Below are positions 50,930 to 56,720 of a stretch of DNA of 56,720 nt, in pieces; the first letter of the stretch is position 1; every line of letters begins with the position of its first letter. This stretch comes from Chara braunii (lineage: Eukaryota; Plantae; Charophyceae): positions 1,288,193 to 1,344,912 of the forward strand of contig BFEA01000029.1 in assembly GCA_003427395.1 (NCBI GenBank), in the 5' to 3' direction. The notes beneath the pieces were generated by a model, which worked only from the letters and a program-made list of their open reading frames with translations, was not told the origin of the DNA and made no database searches. Position numbers and translations under genes: made by a program.

Positions 50930-52150
50930 GCTACACCCAAGGTCAAAACACACCACATTCGTGATTACGGGCCTGCACGAGTCTGTCCCGTTCACCAGGG
51001 CAAGAACGGAGTAGGCGTTGACCTTCAGGGGGGGAGCAAGACTATATTCAAATACAACAATTCTATTTTCGTGAAATTCAACTATAACTCATATACGTAT
51101 TATTCGAATAGAATGCATATGCGTTATATTCGAAGTGCCCTTGTATTCGACGAAAAAGGTCTAACTTTCCGACAATCGTTTTTTTTTTGAACTCGAATAC
51201 AACGCATATGCGTTATGTTCGGGGGAAGACGGTAGGCTGGGGGATAAGTATGCAGACTCCCAACAGGGCACCAACTGATCATGTGCAGGGAAGGTTAAGG
51301 GCTGAGAAGAGAACCCACAACATCCTCATTGCAACTCCAAAGTTTTTTTTTTTTTTTTTTTTAATTTAAAAAAGCCCAACTTGTTGTAGAGGTGGGATAC
51401 TAGACTAATGACAGTTACCCACAATACTCGCCCACTTGGTTGTCCACCTGAATCCCTCTGAAGACCCCACCCACCCTTCCTCTTAACATTTTTGCCCTGG
51501 CGCACCCCCACCCCCCCTGTCCTACCCTAGTATTAACCACCCGGGACCATCACTCGTTGCCATATTGCCAGGGTGACCTGACCAGACAGCGGTTGCAGGC
51601 ACCCGGGCTAGGTAGAGAGACCCACCCTGCGTGCTCAACCCAGGTTGAAGCAGATGTCGTGCAAGCCCGATTGCATGGGGTCTTCGGGAGCGAGGTATGA
51701 ACATGCTACTACAGGTCTTCATGAGGGTGCACAGTGTTACGTTGTATTACTACTATTGTGTTTGATGGCAGAGAGCTGGGGATCCTTCGTTCCCTCGTAT
51801 ATCCCTGAAGCCCGTTCCCGCCCCGCAGTAAGGTGCAGTATCTCCTGACACCCCCGACATCTCGTACCAAGGAACTGCTATGCCAGCCTCAACCTTTAAG
51901 CTATGTAGTAGGAGGATAACCAACCCTAAGTTCGCAGCCCGTCAGGGTTGCATTTTCCCCCCCTGAAACATTTCAACGTTCAAAGTCAATTTCAACGTCG
52001 GTGGTCGTCGGGAGGGTGGACATTTGAGGTTTTGGGGCCTTGCAAGGGCCAGGAACGCGTAGGACCGGTAGCTGCCCGTAGGAGGCCGAGGTCCTTAAGC
52101 CATTTTCAAAATTGAAACGGTGCAGGTGCACTTTTCGCGAATAGCAACGC

Positions 52151-52184
52151 CTGTCTCTTATACACATCTAGATGTGTATAAGAG

Positions 52185-52188
<4 letters not shown>
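52151..52188. other. Nextera mate-pair junction adapter (two Tn5 mosaic ends); assembly artefact
   Basis: Exact CTGTCTCTTATACACATCT+AGATGTGTATAAGAGACAG. Confidence 0.98.
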
Positions 52189-52225
<37 letters not shown>

Positions 52226-52517
52226 CCCCCTTCTCTCTCTCTATCTGGGTCGAGTAGGTGAGTGGGCAGGTGGGCGGGCGGTCGATCGATCGCAGTCAAT
52301 GTTTCGGTCGTTCTCTCGGTCATTCTCTCGGTCAGTCTCTCTGTGTACCCCTGCCTCAATTAGAAGGATTGTATCAAATTCTTCTTGTTGAGGCAAACAT
52401 GCTGGAAGTTTGTTAGACCATCCCATTGTTTTGAATGAGGAGCAGAACACAGGTCATGATGAAGTTTGTGTCCATGAAAAGAAAGGGTGACTTTTTGAAT
52501 TGTTGGTGTTATGGCAG

Positions 52518-52646
52518 GATTCTTATGCATCAACCTCAGGTTGTTCTGCAGATGATGCGATCTTGGGATGTTGCTTATACTACATGAATGCAATTGCTCC
52601 TACAAACACCATTCTGCTGACAAGAGATATTGCTCTGCAAGTGAAG
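52518..52646 (+). CDS. PIN-domain exon (DSYASTSGCSADDAILGCCLYY...ILLTRDIALQVK), SWT1-like
   Basis: DD.IL.CC.Y and LLT.D..L..K PIN_4 motifs; CAG acceptor at 52515-52517 and AAG|GTAATA donor. An intervening phase 2-to-0 exon was not found. Confidence 0.85.
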
Positions 52647-52850
52647 GTAATAGTTCAGCCTTGTGTTGTTGCAGTTCTGCTCAATGGCCCTTCGTTGTCC
52701 GTTTCCCCCAAATAGAAGAACACATGGTATTGAGACCACATACAAATATGGTGATCTCATAGTTTTCTGTTTTGTTTTTCTAATTTTTGAACAGTGCCTT
52801 GTAGGTCTGGCTCCACATCAACCCTGGGCAGCATCAGAATCTGGTTCCTT

Positions 52851-52887
<37 letters not shown>

Positions 52888-54595
52888 CACGAGTTGGGCT
52901 GCTTTTTTTTTGTTTTTTTTTAAAGCATCAGTCTGGCTCCTTTTTCCACCCACAAGTCAGAATCAATCAAATACCCACTAATGCTTCCTTCGTTAAACCA
53001 CCAGTACACATCTCACATGCGGGCCGCTGATTTATTTTACCGACAGCGGGCCGGCGCCCTTTTTCGGACCAGGCAGCGAAACATTTTCAGCAAGGCTGGG
53101 GCCGTGCACTGGTGGTCTATAAGGCCGAATGGCCACTGAGCAACATTGGTTGCTCGTTTTCAGGAGGATTTGACTGAGAGGTGGCCTTTGCCTTTTTACA
53201 TTCTTCTGAGTCTTAGTAGCCAGAGACTGTCAGTTACACATGACCATAAAGAACCTCAGAAGAGAGAGGTGCCACTTTCGGGTTGCTGACTTGGCTATAT
53301 TCCTTATGTGACGTCCATTTTGCCCATCCTAGCCTTAGTAGCCTCCTGTTGCTTATCGAGGCAATTTTACTGTTTGGCACATGGAGAGAGAGAGAGAGAG
53401 AAAGTGCGGGGGGGGCAGCATGCCCAAGCGAGAGGAAAAGAGTCGTGGCGAGGAGGAGAAGAGAGAGAGTGAGAGAGGAGGAAGGGGGGGCGCGTGGGCG
53501 GGGCGAGGACGCGGGAGGTACTGCCCTGAAGTTCCCACTCCCACGATCCCTCACTTTCGCTGCGCCCTCCACTGTCCTGCCTCATCTCTATCTCTCTCCA
53601 TCTCCGCCTCATCTCCCAAGTTCTTTCTCCCTTTTATACTTTTTTTTATCGGTTTTTTCTGGGTAATATGAATTTTGAGTGTCATACCACAACGACAAAT
53701 GCATCACTAGTCTTATGCGACCGGAGCCGGACTAGGTCATCTAGTTAGATTGGTTATTTGATCTGAAGAAGTGCAATCTTTTGGATTCCGTGTCTTTTCC
53801 GACTTCCTCATGGGACCGCCAATGTTGCCCCAGCACCACCTCCCATCTTGGGTATCCTTGTGGTTGGCGTTCCACTTTCCTCAGCGCTTGTCCATCCAGC
53901 TTCAGAAATGATCTCTCCTTCAGAAATGATCTTTCAGGATCGGGCGATCAGGATGGCTGTGCCCATCCGGCCTTCCTCAGCGTTTGCCAAAAGACTGTAC
54001 GCTATGCTGCCTGGTATTTTTTCTACTCCAGCTCTAATACTGCCGTGGTCTGCGATCGGCAGTGAGATGAGTTTCTAGTACTTTCTACTCACTTTCTAGG
54101 GATGTGATGTCCGGTCTTTATGTGTTTTTAACTTTTTCTTACTGAAACCTAGGTGAATGTTGTTTACCTTGTCACCCTTAGACAATACATAGCCCAGGGC
54201 ATTAAGGTTTCTTTTCTTTTTTTTTCTTTTTTTTTTAACAGAACCTCTTGGTTCTGGCTCCTACCATTCTGGGGAGCGACAGTCCGGTTCCTATTCCCCC
54301 GGTAAGTCAATATGGAAAACATGGGAGACTCACGCACGCTCCTCCCCGTTATGGCTGGGAGGCCCGAGTGGACGACATTGATTACTTCCCTGAGGAAGGA
54401 TGTACCACCCCTCGCCCCTGCCTAAGTTAGCCTGTGTTATTTAATCTGCCTGGTTGTTGCCAATCTGTCTAACCCCAGTCCCGCTCCTCTCAGCAGTGAT
54501 GCTGTCTGGTTTGTGTGTTATGCTAGAGCAGTCTGGAACACCTACGAGTCTCCTGAAATCTCTAACACCCTAAGTCCTGTTTGCCTTGTTTCTGT

Positions 54596-54711
54596 CTAAA
54601 CCTTAAACCCTAAACCCTCAGCTGTAATTCCGTCGTGATTTACGTGTTCCTAGTTCCTAAAAATGTAAAACATGTGCTGTTCTTAAGCTCTAAACCCTAA
54701 ACCCTGAACCC
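54596..54711 (+). repeat. Short interstitial plant-telomere-like repeats
   Basis: ctaaaccttaaaccctaaaccc and ctaaaccctaaaccctgaaccc. Confidence 0.55.
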
Positions 54712-54764
54712 TCTTCCTCTCTCTCTCTTTTTTTTTTTTCCTTAAACCACCACTACCTTTCCTT

Positions 54765-56185
54765 CTTTTTTTTTCTTCATGAAATAACAAGAAAGGATCC
54801 AGCAGCTGCTAACCTACCCTCCTTCCCCTAATTTACTATCTTTTCTGCTAATAAATATGCCCTATCCTATCCCCTCCCCCGACTGTATTCCCTCCTCTCC
54901 GCCCCCCTTGTGGACCAACATCTATGTTCTCCTCTATGGTTCTCTCCTCCCTCTGTCCTAAACTTTCCTTTCTCCCCTAATGTTGTCCTCCGAATTCGTA
55001 TCCTATATTCCTTGAAACCTATAACCCCCTTCACTTATCCTTCCTTGCCTTGCCTCACTTTAATTCTTATGGCAGCCTAAGTTCCTGTGTCAACGGCTGA
55101 TCATCTATAGTCTCTTCCTGGCTCTCGTCTTTGAACCAATGGAAGATAAGTCTCTCTCCTTCTACGGTCGCGACTTTGCCTTGGGCTAGTATCCTTTTCT
55201 GGAATTTGGTTAAGGTATCCTTTGCCCTTTCTGGGTTAAGAGCCACTTGCTTCTTTGTCCTTCTCCATAACGCCCTAATCTGTGTCTCCAACAGGCTATA
55301 GAGAATTCCCTTGGCTTCCATTCTAGTCAACAGAATCTTGCCCACCACCTGCTGACATCTTCGTTTCCAGATTGTCCATAAAGTGTACTGTCTCAGAAGC
55401 TGAAAGATATATTTGTGGCCTGCCNGCCATCCCTTAGGCNCCTCACTTCCAATCAATATTAGTTTCCTGTTTCGCGGGAAGGGGACCTCCGTAGTATGTG
55501 TCCACAATGAACGAGCTATGGACCAGAGATGTTCTGCTTCCGGGCAATGGAGCAAGCAATGGATAAGAGTTTCCGGAACGCCTCCCATACACATCACACA
55601 GTCTTGACCTGCCTCATTCCTATTGAGCCTGCTTCGCTTATCGAACAGCCAGACATTGACTGGGAGTGCTACATGAAAGATGAGCCACTGCATGCTCCTG
55701 ACCTTGGCCAATCTGATACTGTGCAAAGTTCACCACGGTAACCTTTCTACCTGTTCCCTTGGTATATCCAATCTCTTCTCCCATCTTATCGCCAAAATCT
55801 GATCCAAATGGCAAGATCTCCCCCTCAGACAGTAGCCCAATTCAGTGGTGTATTGAAGTATATTCATTCTCCTGATTACTCTCGACGAGCTTCCCCTGAT
55901 GTTCCATGCCCCCTCTGCTGGATCGATTTCCAGGTCCCGAATGGATGTCAGTGGCTCAAATATCGTAAAATGATACTAAAATCTTCATTCTCAACCACTC
56001 TGACCTTTCTTTAGATGCTTTTCTTAATGGCGATCGGAACCCTCGAATCCTTATCCAGCATACTGACCATGCCTCCTGGAGATAGTATTGTGTACGTATC
56101 TGCTTCCAACCACTGGCTAGAAAGTCCGACCTCCTGTCCTATGCGAAAGGCTGCCTCTGGTTTCCCTACACTTATAGAAATCGCT
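54765..56185 (-). mobile_element. 5'-truncated L1-type LINE (ORF2 C-terminus with zinc finger, 3' UTR, A tail)
   Basis: ORF 55067-55726 with WLIFHVALPV, CVMC...ETLIHCLLHC and LWTIWKRRC; T-run at ~54767-54774. Confidence 0.85.
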
Positions 56186-56477
56186 ATTCGGCGCGCAGCG
56201 TTTGGCCGATCCGGGCCGCCGGAGGCCTACCGGCCGACGACCCGGATTTCCGCGCGATCTTAAGACTTTAAGACTTTAAGACTAAGATCGCGCNGCGATC
56301 CAGGCCGTTCGCGGTTGCACCTGCCCGATGGCCCAGATCGCCCCGCGATCTTAAAGTTTTAAGATCGCGGGCGAATCCGGGCCGTCGGGCTGTTTACGGC
56401 CCGGATTGCCGCGGTGCCTTGGGGAAATCGGTCCGAAAGGACCATTGGCGGGCGGGCGGGAAAAGTACAGCCCTACA

Positions 56478-56664
56478 TGACGCGACCTACCTACGCGACG
56501 CGACCTACCTACGCAACCTACACGACCTACCTACTCGACGCGACCTACCTACGCAACCTACGCTACGCTACGCGACCTACCTACGCGACGCGGCCTACCT
56601 ACGCAACCTACGCTACGCGACCTACACGACGCGACCTACGCTACACGACGAGACCTAACCTACG

Positions 56665-56720
<56 letters not shown>
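56478..56720. repeat. cgcgacctacctac minisatellite followed by (CT)n
   Basis: Direct inspection. Confidence 0.9.

Noticed and set aside
52151-52188. Natural Tn5/IS50 insertion or horizontal transfer
   Set aside because: The engineered mosaic ends are joined back to back with no transposase, exactly as in the library adapter.
52363-52452. Candidate missing PIN exon
   Set aside because: The AG acceptors I tested here with a phase-2 start hit a stop codon or gave no PIN-like peptide.

Overview
Repeat-rich eukaryotic nuclear DNA from a streptophyte. It has plant-type U6, CCCTAAA-like repeats, an OEP61 homolog, multi-kb TE-filled introns and dense microsatellites; the style suggests a charophyte alga such as Chara (inference). 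Two intron-split host genes are supportable: the first two coding exons of an OEP61-like TPR chaperone receptor (minus strand, running off the left edge) and a SWT1-like PIN-domain gene (plus strand, about 39.8-52.6 kb, incomplete). The rest is mostly mobile DNA: a decayed full-length L1/Tx1-type LINE with a tRNA-derived head inside the same target-site duplication, a second LINE 3' fragment, a chromovirus integrase/chromodomain relic, a probable Penelope-like RT tail in a (CT)n tract, several MITE/TIR families and a 67-bp satellite. The most notable signal is five dispersed copies of one type III hammerhead ribozyme motif, carried by two short non-coding repeat families, one a ~196-bp tandem unit beside (CA)n/(GT)n tracts (retrozyme-like). 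Three U6 snRNA pseudogenes and an embedded Nextera mate-pair junction adapter (assembly artefact) were also found. All alignments were done by eye, so boundaries may be a few bases off.
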